Assembly (NCBI GenBank): GCA_963843795.1 | Contig: CAWJLW010000006.1 | Coordinates: 1,426,001 to 1,490,000, forward strand | Length of the DNA stretch: 64,000 bases | Reading direction: 5' to 3' | DNA from: an uncultured bacterium | Lineage (GTDB): Bacteria > Armatimonadota > Abditibacteriia > Abditibacteriales > Abditibacteriaceae | Part shown: positions 1 to 9,269 of the stretch, one piece after another | Numbering within the stretch: the stretch's first letter is position 1 | Layout of the letters: each line of letters starts with the position of its first letter | Notes under the pieces: model-generated | Databases searched by the model: none | Seen by the model: only the letters and a program-made list of their open reading frames with translations | What the model was told of the DNA's origin: nothing | Position numbers and translations under genes: made by a program

Positions 1-537
1 GATTTTGGCGATTTGCGTTAAGTCACCGCTGGCTTCTTTGACGCCGATAATGTTGGGAATTTCGGCCAAACGTGCCACAGTTTCGGCTTCCAAATTCCGC
101 GCGGTGCGAGTCGGCACGTTGTAGAGAATGCACGGCAGTTCGACTGATTTGGCAATCGCGGCGAAATGTTGATATAAACCTTCCTGATTGGGACGGTTGT
201 AATATGGCACGACGAGTAACAGAGCATCAACGTTTAACTTGGCAGCTTGTTGGGAAAATTCAATGGAAAAGGCGGTTTCGTTATCGCCGGTATTGGCGAT
301 GACGGGAATCTCGACCGCGTCTTGAACGGCGCGATATAAATCGAGTTTTTCGTCCGGCGTGAGCGTCGGGCTTTCTCCGGTTGTGCCGGTGATGACAAGC
401 CCGGTCGTGCCATTTTCGACCAGATGGCGCGCCAATTCCTGAGCGCGATTCATATCGAGGTTTTGCTGTGCATCAAAGGGCGTCACCATCGCGGTCACGA
501 CGGGGCCAAAAGGCGGCGCTGGAGTGGGAATGTTCAT
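1..537 (-). CDS. dapA: 4-hydroxy-tetrahydrodipicolinate synthase (5' part, runs off window)
   Basis: Not in ORF track. Manual translation from ATG at 537 gives MNIPTPAPPFGPVVTAMVTPF...GTTGESPTLT...PYYNRP...LYNVPTRT...GVKEASG (DHDPS motifs); lies near asd and dapB. Confidence 0.95.
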   Translation of the reverse strand, partial: MNIPTPAPPFGPVVTAMVTPFDAQQNLDMNRAQELARHLVENGTTGLVITGTTGESPTLTPDEKLDLYRAVQDAVEIPVIANTGDNETAFSIEFSQQAAKLNVDALLLVVPYYNRPNQEGLYQHFAAIAKSVELPCILYNVPTRTARNLEAETVARLAEIPNIIGVKEASGDLTQIAKI

Positions 538-594
538 AATCGTATTCAATCAAAGGGTATTTTAACAAACGCGCGGTTTACGCCTCGCGTGGAA

Positions 595-622
595 AATGCC
601 CTGCAAGTACTTGCAGGGCATT
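595..622. repeat. 28-bp perfect palindrome centred on TGCAAGTACTTGCA
   Basis: AATGCCC-TGCAAGTACTTGCA-GGGCATT between the NmrA-like gene and dapA. Confidence 0.95.
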
Positions 623-670
623 GGATTGACATCGTTCTTCCTGCGGGCTGCCCGCATCATCAAATGAAAA

Positions 671-1525
671 TTAACTAAAAGCTGCTGCGTAATCGTGCGC
701 GAACTGTTGGAAGCTGCGCGGTGCGACACCCGTGACAGCTTCCACATCGGAAGTCACTTCCGCGCCCGCGTTCTGGCTCCACTGCTCATATTCGCCCAGC
801 AATCCATCCGCTGTCCATTCGGGAAAATGCACGCTTAACAAAATTGCGCGCATGGCGGCAGGCGGAATATCGATGTAGTGAATGGTGCGACCCAAAACCT
901 CCGAAAGCGTGTCTGCCATATCCGCGTGCGAGAGCGCCTGTGGGCCGGTGAGGTTGTAGGCCTTATTTTCGTGGCCCACTTGCGTGAAAGCGGCTAAGGC
1001 GACTTTGGCGATGTCGCGCACATCAATTACGCTCACGCGGCCTTCACCAATCGGCGCGTAAATCGCGTTTTGCGCTTTGATGGTCGGGGCGGAACTGAGC
1101 ATGGCTTGCATGAACAAGTTGGGCCGCAAAAAGGTGTATGTGATGCCAGAATTTTTGATGGCTGCTTCAACGATGCCATGATATTGCAAAAAGCGAGTGG
1201 GCGCATCGACATCGGCGCCCAACTGCGAAAGCTTAACGATGTGTTTGACACCAGATTTTTTGGCCTCGCGAACGAAATTGGTTTGCAATTCCGCTGCGTT
1301 TTGAAACGAGGGTGTCAGCAAAAAGGCTTTATCGATGCCCTGCAAAGCAGCGCGTAACGTTTCGGGCTGGTCGAAGTCGCCCGACACGATTTCGATGCCG
1401 GGTAATTTGATGGCGTCAGCTTTTGCAGGATGGCGCACCATCGCACGCGCCGAAATACCTTGTGCGACGAGCAATTTAATCAGTTCTGTGCCGTTGGTGC
1501 CGGTGGCACCGGTGATTAAAATCAT
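671..1525 (-). CDS. NmrA-like / atypical SDR NAD(P)H-binding oxidoreductase
   Basis: MILITGATGTNG Rossmann motif, LRPNLFMQ, IDVRDIA, YNLTGP. Confidence 0.85.
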   Translation of the reverse strand: MILITGATGTNGTELIKLLVAQGISARAMVRHPAKADAIKLPGIEIVSGDFDQPETLRAALQGIDKAFLLTPSFQNAAELQTNFVREAKKSGVKHIVKLSQLGADVDAPTRFLQYHGIVEAAIKNSGITYTFLRPNLFMQAMLSSAPTIKAQNAIYAPIGEGRVSVIDVRDIAKVALAAFTQVGHENKAYNLTGPQALSHADMADTLSEVLGRTIHYIDIPPAAMRAILLSVHFPEWTADGLLGEYEQWSQNAGAEVTSDVEAVTGVAPRSFQQFAHDYAAAFS

Positions 1526-1576
1526 CAGAGTTTCCTTGTTTGAAGCGGCAAGTACTTGCCGCGCGTATTTGCGACG

Positions 1577-2563
1577 TTATTCCGACCAAGTCAGAGCTTC
1601 GCTGGCTGCACCAGGCTGTTTCACCCACGCTTTACGGTCGCCTTTGCCGTCGTTGGCGATGCGCAAAATCGCTTCCGGCGGTTTTTCGTCCAAACGCGCC
1701 ACATAACGATATGAAGCTTGCGGCTTTTCCTGCGCGATGAGAGTCGCAATGGTCTTGATATCTTCAAGTGGCTGGCGCGAATTCAATTTCGCATATGTGC
1801 CCATATCGTTGTTCGGACGAGGTTTGGTGATATCGAACGAGGGTACGATCCACCACAGCGGCTTGTCCGGCCCGATTTTGCCTATCGCATCGCCCAGAAC
1901 ATTGGTTTCGCTGGGCGGTGGCACGACAGCGGGCGAAGCTATCTGCAACGTGCCATCAAGCGCGGGTTTCAGCGGTTTGGAAAGCAAATTCAACGAGGCT
2001 TCGTCCCAAGTCACTTTGGTTTCGGCCAACATAAACGGATGCAGCCAGATGCCGCCCTTGGGCGGCTCGATTTGAAAGCGCGAATTGCCAATCGGCTCGG
2101 CGGGCAATGCGGTCAATGTCAATTCTGGTTGCGGCCAAAACCAGCTGATGAAACCCTTGAAACCAGTGGCTTTGGCGCGACAGCGCGCGGTCAAAACCGA
2201 TTTCGCGGTCGGTTGCCAACGAAAATCATCAGCGGTTTTCTGCGTGGTGCCGTCGTGCCACAAAACGGTCCAGTTTTCAGATTCAGTTAGCAACACGCGA
2301 AAGGCGTTGCCCCGGCGCAGCAATACGGTCGAACCGGAACTGATGCGCTGTTCCATTTGTGGATTGGCCCAGCGCACGATTAAACCGGGTTGTTCGGGCG
2401 CGCTATCGCGTATCCAAACATAGCTGACTGTGCCCGCGATGAGCAGGAAAACTACGAGCCAGAACCAGCGATGCGAGCGCCGTTTGCGCTGGCGCGCCAC
2501 TGCCACACGCTGCTGAGAGCGCCCCACATACGCCAATCGTTCCGCATCGCGTCCGGTAATCAT
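1577..2563 (-). CDS. Hypothetical protein with N-terminal membrane anchor
   Basis: 328-aa ORF, basic stretch then one TM helix (WFWLVVFLLIAGTVSYVWI); co-oriented with neighbours. Confidence 0.7.
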   Translation of the reverse strand: MITGRDAERLAYVGRSQQRVAVARQRKRRSHRWFWLVVFLLIAGTVSYVWIRDSAPEQPGLIVRWANPQMEQRISSGSTVLLRRGNAFRVLLTESENWTVLWHDGTTQKTADDFRWQPTAKSVLTARCRAKATGFKGFISWFWPQPELTLTALPAEPIGNSRFQIEPPKGGIWLHPFMLAETKVTWDEASLNLLSKPLKPALDGTLQIASPAVVPPPSETNVLGDAIGKIGPDKPLWWIVPSFDITKPRPNNDMGTYAKLNSRQPLEDIKTIATLIAQEKPQASYRYVARLDEKPPEAILRIANDGKGDRKAWVKQPGAASEALTWSE

Positions 2564-2648
2564 AAATCAAATGTAAAAAAGAAGTGTGAAAACGCCTGCA
2601 AGTACTTGCAGCACACCCGAAGCCCGTTGCACTACTTTTGTTGTAGAT

Positions 2649-3728
2649 TTACTGAATAAATCCATCGCGTAACAGCATTTCAGCGACCAAAACTGCGCCG
2701 CGCGCCGCACCCATTTTTGTGTTGTGTGATACCAAAACCCATTTCACGCCGTGCGCGCTCAACACGGTTTCCTCGCGCACTCGACCGACAACCGTTGTCA
2801 TGCCATCGTTCATATCGCGGTCGCGGCGTGGCTGCGGACGAAACGGATCGTCGTGCACGAAAATCAATGGGTTGGGTGCCGAATGCAAACCTTGCAAGGC
2901 GCCATCGAACGAACGCATCGCTGCAATCGCGTCTTCGGGCAAGCAGGCTTTTTCAGTCGCCACAAAAACTGCTTCAGTGTGGCCGTCCAAAACGCCCACG
3001 CGTGTGCAAGTCGCCGAAACTCCGAACTGCGCGGGAACGATGCCATCATGGTTCAATGCGCCCAGAATTTTCTGCGTTTCTTTTTGGACTTTGGCTTCCT
3101 CGCCGGGAATGAATGGAATGACGTTCTCCATCGCGTCCAAACCCAAAACGCCGCCGCGTCGTCCCGCGCCGCTCATCGCTTGCAGCGAAGTTACTACAAC
3201 ACCTGAAATTCCAAACGCATCCTGAATCGGTTTCAATGTCATCGCCAGACCTGTGGTTGTGCAGTTGGGAATCGGTGTGACGAAACCTTGCCAGCCGCGC
3301 TCTTTTTGCTGGCGATGCAAAAGTGTCGCGTGGTCATTATTGACGCCAGGAATAATGATCGGCGTGTCATCGAAGTAGCGAAACGCCGAAGCGGTTGAAA
3401 TGACCGGCGTAGTTTGCGCATAACGTGGCTCGATTTCTTTGGCCGCATCGCTTTCCACTGCGGTGAACACTACATCGACGCTGCGCGCATCGAATTTCGC
3501 GCCATCAACCACGGGCATTTTGGCGAAATTAGCGGGCAAATCTTCCGCGCACCACCAGCCCAAGGCCCCTGATGGCTCCAAGAGCGCATCGTGATAGGTT
3601 TTGCCGGCGCTGCGTGGCGAGGCGGCGAGATGTGTGACTTCAAACTGCGGATGGTCGCGCAAAGCAGCAACAAACTGTTGTCCGGCGATGCCGGTTGCGC
3701 CAATGATGGCGGCTGTTTTCTTACTCAT
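2649..3728 (-). CDS. asd: Aspartate-semialdehyde dehydrogenase (archaeal/fungal-like subtype)
   Basis: GATGIAGQ, catalytic PNCTT, QAMSGAG, RVGVLDGH, PQPRRD, HNTKMGAA. Confidence 0.95.
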   Translation of the reverse strand: MSKKTAAIIGATGIAGQQFVAALRDHPQFEVTHLAASPRSAGKTYHDALLEPSGALGWWCAEDLPANFAKMPVVDGAKFDARSVDVVFTAVESDAAKEIEPRYAQTTPVISTASAFRYFDDTPIIIPGVNNDHATLLHRQQKERGWQGFVTPIPNCTTTGLAMTLKPIQDAFGISGVVVTSLQAMSGAGRRGGVLGLDAMENVIPFIPGEEAKVQKETQKILGALNHDGIVPAQFGVSATCTRVGVLDGHTEAVFVATEKACLPEDAIAAMRSFDGALQGLHSAPNPLIFVHDDPFRPQPRRDRDMNDGMTTVVGRVREETVLSAHGVKWVLVSHNTKMGAARGAVLVAEMLLRDGFIQ

Positions 3729-3744
3729 TCAATTCTCATTCAAT

Positions 3745-3772
3745 TATGCTCTGCAAGTACTTGCAGAGCATA
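3745..3772. repeat. 28-bp perfect palindrome around core
   Basis: TATGCTC-TGCAAGTACTTGCA-GAGCATA between dapB and asd. Confidence 0.95.
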
Positions 3773-3777
3773 TTTAT

Positions 3778-4599
3778 TCACAAAATATGTTCTAAACCAT
3801 AAGTCAAGCCCTGCAATTGCTGCACGGCTTTAATTGCACGCAACACGCCGGGCATGTAACATTCGCGCGTGATCGTATCGTGACGAATCGTCAGCGTTTG
3901 ACCGGCCATGCCCAGAATTACTTCCTGATGCGCCAGATAACCTGCCAAGCGCACGCTGTGAATTGGAATGCCACCGATTTCTCCGCCGCGCGCACCAATC
4001 GCCGAAGAACCTTCGGCTTCGCTATCGCCGCCGATGCGATTGAAATCTTCGCCGCGCGCTTCACGCATTACCAGCGCGGTTTTGAAAGCGGTGCCCGATG
4101 GCGCATCCAATTTTTTATCGTGGTGATATTCGATAATTTCTGCACTGGGAAACAATTTCGCGCATTCTGCAGCGAAACGCATCATTAAAACCGCTCCGAT
4201 GGCAAAGTTGGGCGCAATGAAAACCGGCACGTTTTTCTCGCGACTCAAAGCGTCAATCGCGGCGAGATCGTCTTCTTTTAAACCGGTCGTGCCCACAACT
4301 GGCGCGACGCCAGCATCAATCATAGTGCGCACATTCTGCATCACGCCCTGCGGTACGGAAAAATCGACCGCGATTTGCGCGCCGGAATTTTTCAGCGCGC
4401 TCACCAAATTTTCTTCGATGAAGACATTTTGTACCCCAACACCGGCAACCGTTCCGGCATCTTCACCGATTCTATCGCGCGCCACCGCGCCAACCAACTG
4501 CAAATCCGGGTCATTGACCACGGCGCGCACGACTTCGCTGCCCATGCGGCCCGAAGCGCCGCTTACAAGTACTTGTATCATTGGCTTTATTTTACCCAA
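3778..4599 (-). CDS. dapB: 4-hydroxy-tetrahydrodipicolinate reductase
   Basis: GASGRMG, VVGTTG, APNFAIG, EYHHDKKLDAPSGTA. Confidence 0.97.
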   Translation of the reverse strand: MGKIKPMIQVLVSGASGRMGSEVVRAVVNDPDLQLVGAVARDRIGEDAGTVAGVGVQNVFIEENLVSALKNSGAQIAVDFSVPQGVMQNVRTMIDAGVAPVVGTTGLKEDDLAAIDALSREKNVPVFIAPNFAIGAVLMMRFAAECAKLFPSAEIIEYHHDKKLDAPSGTAFKTALVMREARGEDFNRIGGDSEAEGSSAIGARGGEIGGIPIHSVRLAGYLAHQEVILGMAGQTLTIRHDTITRECYMPGVLRAIKAVQQLQGLTYGLEHIL

Positions 4600-5875
4600 C
4601 CTTTATTTCGAGTGCGGGTTTGTCATCTTCAAAAGGCCCGACCGCGACTACATTCATCAATTCATCGTTGAACATTTCTTGCGCCACATTCCGAATATCA
4701 GCGCGGGTGACACCTAAAATATCATCCAAAACGTCCTGCGTCGAGCGCTGATGTCCGTAATACCACTCGTTGCGCGCAATACGCCCCATTTGCGAAGACG
4801 AACTTTCCTCGGCCAGCAACAAATTGGCGCGCGACATTTGATTGGCGCGCGTCAATTCCTCCTCGGTCACGCCATCTTTTTTCACCGAGCGCAATTCTTT
4901 GGCGATGAGTTGTGCGGTTTCGTGCGCATTTTCCGGTGCGACGCTGGTCGCCACGCTCCAAAAACCGCCCCGCCGATACTGCGCCGAATTGGAGCCAATC
5001 GAATAGCACAAACCGCGCTTTTCACGGATTTCCTGAAACAAACGCGACGAATAGCCGCCAGTCAAAATCGTATCCAAGGTATAAGCTGCGAAGCGGCGAG
5101 GATCATCGTGCGCATAAGCGCGCGTTCCGGCACACAAATGCACCTGCTCGACATCGCGTGATTCTAAAGCCATTTGCGCGCTTACGGTGGGAATGCTCGG
5201 CATGCGATGCGCGCCGTTACTATTGTTGTCGCGTCCCGGCAAATTTTGTAATAGCTGCTGCGCTTGCTCGACAATTTTTTCGTGCTCGATATCGCCGACC
5301 GCAACCACCAGCGTGTGACGAGGCGCGTAATGCGTTTTCATAAAAGCGCGCAGGTCGTCTGGTGTGAAGCGCGACACCGTTTTTTCCTGTCCTGTAATCG
5401 GACGTCCCCAGCGCGAGCGCGGATAAATCGTCTGCGAAAACAGTTCGTCCGCAAGGTCTTCAGGCACATCATCTATCGAGCGAATTTCTTCGATAATGAC
5501 GCCTTTTTCCAATTCTAAATCTGCGGCATCTAAAATCGAAGAAGTTGCCAGTTCGCACAATAATTCGAGCGCAATCGGCGCGTGTTCGGACAGGGTTTTG
5601 GCGTGATAACAGACGAACTCACGGTCGGTGAAAGCGTTGGTCTGGCCGCCAATCGAATCCATTAATTCGGCAATTTGTGATGAAGTGCGTTGCTGCGTGC
5701 CCTTGAAAACCATGTGTTCGAGCAGATGCGCCAACCCGCTTTGGTTCTTGTTTTCATAGACCGCACCGGCTTCAAACCAGAGGCCAATAGTCGCGGAGTG
5801 AACGTGTGGATGATGTTCGGTGAGAACGCGCAAACCATCGGGCAAGACGGTTTTGCGAAAAGTAGAATCTTTCAT
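4592..5875 (-). CDS. M16 family (pitrilysin-like) zinc peptidase
   Basis: HLLEH inverted zinc motif, TNAFT, SRLFQEIREKRGLCY. Confidence 0.93.
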   Translation of the reverse strand: MKDSTFRKTVLPDGLRVLTEHHPHVHSATIGLWFEAGAVYENKNQSGLAHLLEHMVFKGTQQRTSSQIAELMDSIGGQTNAFTDREFVCYHAKTLSEHAPIALELLCELATSSILDAADLELEKGVIIEEIRSIDDVPEDLADELFSQTIYPRSRWGRPITGQEKTVSRFTPDDLRAFMKTHYAPRHTLVVAVGDIEHEKIVEQAQQLLQNLPGRDNNSNGAHRMPSIPTVSAQMALESRDVEQVHLCAGTRAYAHDDPRRFAAYTLDTILTGGYSSRLFQEIREKRGLCYSIGSNSAQYRRGGFWSVATSVAPENAHETAQLIAKELRSVKKDGVTEEELTRANQMSRANLLLAEESSSSQMGRIARNEWYYGHQRSTQDVLDDILGVTRADIRNVAQEMFNDELMNVVAVGPFEDDKPALEIKVG

Positions 5876-6007
5876 GGATTTAGGGAGACAAAATTAAACC
5901 GCCGAGAATGCTTAAAGATTTCTCGGCGGCAATTCAGTGTAACGCCCTCAATACTCACACGACATTCCGCAGCTAAATAGTGCTGCAAGTACTTGCAGCG
6001 CTGTTTT

Positions 6008-8200
6008 TCATGGCAACATGGGAATCGGTTCGCCGTATGCAATGCCGCGCCCGTTGGTGGCGACGAAAACGCGGCCATAAACGCGCGGATCGCCGATGAC
6101 CGCGCGACCAATCCAGCCGTAGCGATGCGCGTCGTCGTTGATACGCGTCCACGTCGCGCCGCTATCGTCCGAACGATAAACACCGTAAATCTCGTTGGCC
6201 TTGCCCGCGATGTAAAGTGCCGGATAATTTTTATCGGGAGCCGCTTTTCCAAAACCAATTGTATCTGTTGTTTGCACGCTGGTCACTTTTTGCCAGTTCG
6301 CGCCGCCATCCGTCGAATGCCACAAGCCCTCATCGCCCGCTGCTAACCACAAATCACCTTGGTGCTCGGGAACCGCGCGCAGGCGACGGGCAGTTTTGGG
6401 TAATGTTGCCTCGCGCGCTGTGAAGCTCGCACCGCCATCGGTGCTGAAGTATAGTTTTCCGGCTTTTCCATCGAGCGCATAAAACCCTTGCGGATTAACA
6501 CGATCCGCGACTACATCGCAATTGGCTTCCAAACCTTTGCAGCGCGTCCATGTAACGCCTTTGTCGCGGGAAAAATGGGCGAAATTATCGGGCGCGACCC
6601 ACACGAAACTCGCTCCATCGGCAGAAACCGCGACCGAACGCGAACGTGCATCGACATCGCGCGCGCTCGTGGGTTCGCTCGCAAACGGCGTCCACGAAAT
6701 TGCGCCATCGACTGAAACCGCGCCGCGCTTTTCGCCTTTGCCCGCGGTGCCTACGCGCACAACGATATTTGGATTTAATTCCGCGAAATCTAAGGCCGTG
6801 ACATTGTTCATCGTCGGGTTCGTCCACATTCCGCTTTGCGGAGAAGCACCCAAATCGTCGTGTCGAAAACCGCCGATGTCGCCCAGTCCGCTGATGAGGT
6901 GCGGTCCAGAAGGTGGGCTAATCAAATCAATCACGGCGGTTTCTTCGATGCCACGCGCGTGCACCGTCCAATGTGTGGGCTGATTCTGGTCGGCATTGAT
7001 CAAATCTTGCGTGCCCCAAATGGTTGCGCCCGTCACATACATCGCGTGATTGGAATTGAACGGGTCGATTTCGACATCGCCGATCCAGTGACCGAATTCG
7101 GCTTTATCGCGCCCCCACTTCAAAAACGGTGACAACGAACTATCGCGCTCGGCTAGCGCGCGCAGACCCGTCCAACTTTTTCCGCCATTGGTGCTGCGAA
7201 AAATATCGTCGCCTTTGCCCCAGCGATCCATCGTGGCCACCATCACAATATTCGGATTTTTCGCAGTCACCGCCAAACCTGCGTAGCCAAAATTTGTGTT
7301 ATCTCCGCCTGGCGCAATGGGTGTGATGTTCGTCCATTGATCGGTTTTGGTGTCGAGCTTCCAAACCGCGCCATCGCTCATGCCATTGGGTCCGGGTTTG
7401 TCGCCGTAGCTGAGATAAAGCGTGCCGTCGGCAGCTAAAACGCCATGATGTGGCAGCAAACCATTCGGCTGTCCGGGAACTTTTTGCCAACTTGTGCCGC
7501 CATCTTTGCTGCGATACAAATGTGTAGTTGGCGAAGCCACGCCCGCGTAAAGCGTTGGCGTTGGCGCGCCGATTTTGCCATCGCGCGCATCAAAAAAGAT
7601 AAAACCGACACCGATATTTTTGGTGTCGTCGGTGTTGGGGAACGTTGTCACTTGCTGCCAATTTGCACCGGAATCGGTGCTTTTCCACAAACCGTTGCTC
7701 CGCGTGCCTAGAAACAGAATGCGTCCGTCGTGCGGATCAACGACCAAGCGTTCGCCCATCGAACGTCCGTCCTCGTTGCCGCCCAACTTAAATGGTAAAT
7801 TGGTGCGCTGCCAGTTTTTACCCTGATCGCGCGAACGCAAAATCGCACCGTTGCCCGCCCAATCGTTGGTGTAAGTGCCTGCTGCCAGATAAACCACGTT
7901 GGCATCGGATGGATCGAGGCCGATGCTTTCGACGCCCAGTAAATTCCAATCGTCTGCGCTCACCCAATCTTGCAGCGCAATCCAGCGTTTTTGCACGCTG
8001 TCCCAGCGGTATGCACCACCGATATCGGTGCGACAATACATCAGATTTGGCTGTGTGGGATGAAACACGATGCCCGGTACGAAACCGCTGCCGACAATTT
8101 CGACCTGCCGCCAATTGTAAGCCTCAGCGGTCGCGGCGCAACCAATTCCGGTCACGAACCACAAACTCAGCAAAAGCGAGACGATAAATTTTAAACGCAT
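6008..8200 (-). CDS. GH74 xyloglucanase / endoglucanase, secreted
   Basis: Signal peptide from MRLKF; RTDIGGAYRWD, GIEET, LGDIGGF, BNR repeats (SxDGGxxW), ATNGRG. Confidence 0.93.
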   Translation of the reverse strand: MRLKFIVSLLLSLWFVTGIGCAATAEAYNWRQVEIVGSGFVPGIVFHPTQPNLMYCRTDIGGAYRWDSVQKRWIALQDWVSADDWNLLGVESIGLDPSDANVVYLAAGTYTNDWAGNGAILRSRDQGKNWQRTNLPFKLGGNEDGRSMGERLVVDPHDGRILFLGTRSNGLWKSTDSGANWQQVTTFPNTDDTKNIGVGFIFFDARDGKIGAPTPTLYAGVASPTTHLYRSKDGGTSWQKVPGQPNGLLPHHGVLAADGTLYLSYGDKPGPNGMSDGAVWKLDTKTDQWTNITPIAPGGDNTNFGYAGLAVTAKNPNIVMVATMDRWGKGDDIFRSTNGGKSWTGLRALAERDSSLSPFLKWGRDKAEFGHWIGDVEIDPFNSNHAMYVTGATIWGTQDLINADQNQPTHWTVHARGIEETAVIDLISPPSGPHLISGLGDIGGFRHDDLGASPQSGMWTNPTMNNVTALDFAELNPNIVVRVGTAGKGEKRGAVSVDGAISWTPFASEPTSARDVDARSRSVAVSADGASFVWVAPDNFAHFSRDKGVTWTRCKGLEANCDVVADRVNPQGFYALDGKAGKLYFSTDGGASFTAREATLPKTARRLRAVPEHQGDLWLAAGDEGLWHSTDGGANWQKVTSVQTTDTIGFGKAAPDKNYPALYIAGKANEIYGVYRSDDSGATWTRINDDAHRYGWIGRAVIGDPRVYGRVFVATNGRGIAYGEPIPMLP

Positions 8201-8220
8201 AGTTTTTCCTGTGGATAACA

Positions 8221-8252
8221 AAGCAGGCGCGCAAGTACTTGCGCGCCTGCTT
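8221..8252. repeat. 32-bp perfect palindrome around core
   Basis: AAGCAGGCGC-GCAAGTACTTGC-GCGCCTGCTT just upstream of the GH74 start. Confidence 0.95.
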
Positions 8253-8351
8253 CTCGGTTTTTAATGACAAAAACTGGGTTTTGGAATGTCTGTTTGGATT
8301 CTCGCGCTCGCGAAAAGTAACACAAAATGTATTGCAAGTACTTGCAACGCG

Positions 8352-9263
8352 TTATTCTCCTAAAACATCGACCAACCAGTTTGCCATGCGACTGCCCGCC
8401 AGCGCCAAACGCGTGTCGCAGAGAATTTTCATGTGACGAATATAATCCTGCGATGGTATTGCGCGCTGCGGTGTCGAAAACGCGAAATCGTCAGCCAGAA
8501 GATTGCTTTCGCGCGCCCACTCACTTGCCTTTAATTCGGGCTCAGCCACATTGGCTTCGCCCGATTTCTGTGCGAAATCCCGCACAATTTTCAAATCGGG
8601 ATGATCGGAAAACCCAGCGTCGTCAAGCATTTTTATGCGTCCATCGACGACATCGTAGCGATAACCAAAATCCCATAATTGATGCAAGCGCGCGTAAGTG
8701 GCGCCGCCATCGGGATCGTCTTTAGGCCGAAATGTCGCGGTTAAACCGGGCAGCGCACCGATGGGAAAATCGTTGCCGCCGCGATCTCGGTCGATGGCGT
8801 GCAATGGTTGGTGCAAATCGCCGATAACGTGAATCGCAATCGCCAGCCATTCGGCGCGCATTTTCGCGTCGGAATCGGACGAACGCAGCACGACACGCGC
8901 CATTTTCAAGGCGTCGAGCGCGTTGGTTGCTTCTATTGAGTCGGGATTGGCCTTGGCTTTGGCATCGACGTAATGCAGCGAACTGAGATTGTCGCGTTGA
9001 TGGCCTGCTTTCACATCATCCATCCAGCACGAAGCAGTCACGAAATCGTAAGGCCGCGCGGTAGCGTCGCTGCGAAAATCGGGCAGGGCACGCAACAATT
9101 CATCGGCTTTTTGGCGCGTTGCGACTGGTAAGTGATTGTAAGCGATTTGAGCGGAAATCATGTGGCCGCCCGCGTCCCACGCGCTGCAAGTACTTGCAGC
9201 AGCATTGAGCAGGAAAAATGAAGCGGCAAGTGCTTGCAATGGTTGGCGAATAAAATTGAGCAT
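8352..9263 (-). CDS. S1/P1 nuclease, secreted
   Basis: Signal peptide then WDAGGH; WMDD, HVIGDLHQPLH, DRGGN, LHQLWD zinc motifs. Confidence 0.9.
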   Translation of the reverse strand: MLNFIRQPLQALAASFFLLNAAASTCSAWDAGGHMISAQIAYNHLPVATRQKADELLRALPDFRSDATARPYDFVTASCWMDDVKAGHQRDNLSSLHYVDAKAKANPDSIEATNALDALKMARVVLRSSDSDAKMRAEWLAIAIHVIGDLHQPLHAIDRDRGGNDFPIGALPGLTATFRPKDDPDGGATYARLHQLWDFGYRYDVVDGRIKMLDDAGFSDHPDLKIVRDFAQKSGEANVAEPELKASEWARESNLLADDFAFSTPQRAIPSQDYIRHMKILCDTRLALAGSRMANWLVDVLGE

Positions 9264-9269
9264 AAAAAC

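Noticed and set aside
538..670. Lysine riboswitch upstream of dapA
   Set aside because: The gap is short, no L-box consensus is visible, and the only structure is the core palindrome.
3724..3745. Short direct repeats (CTCATTCAATT x2; also TTTCGCCATT x2 at 22631-22650)
   Set aside because: Two-unit slippage-type repeats with no further copies or supported function.
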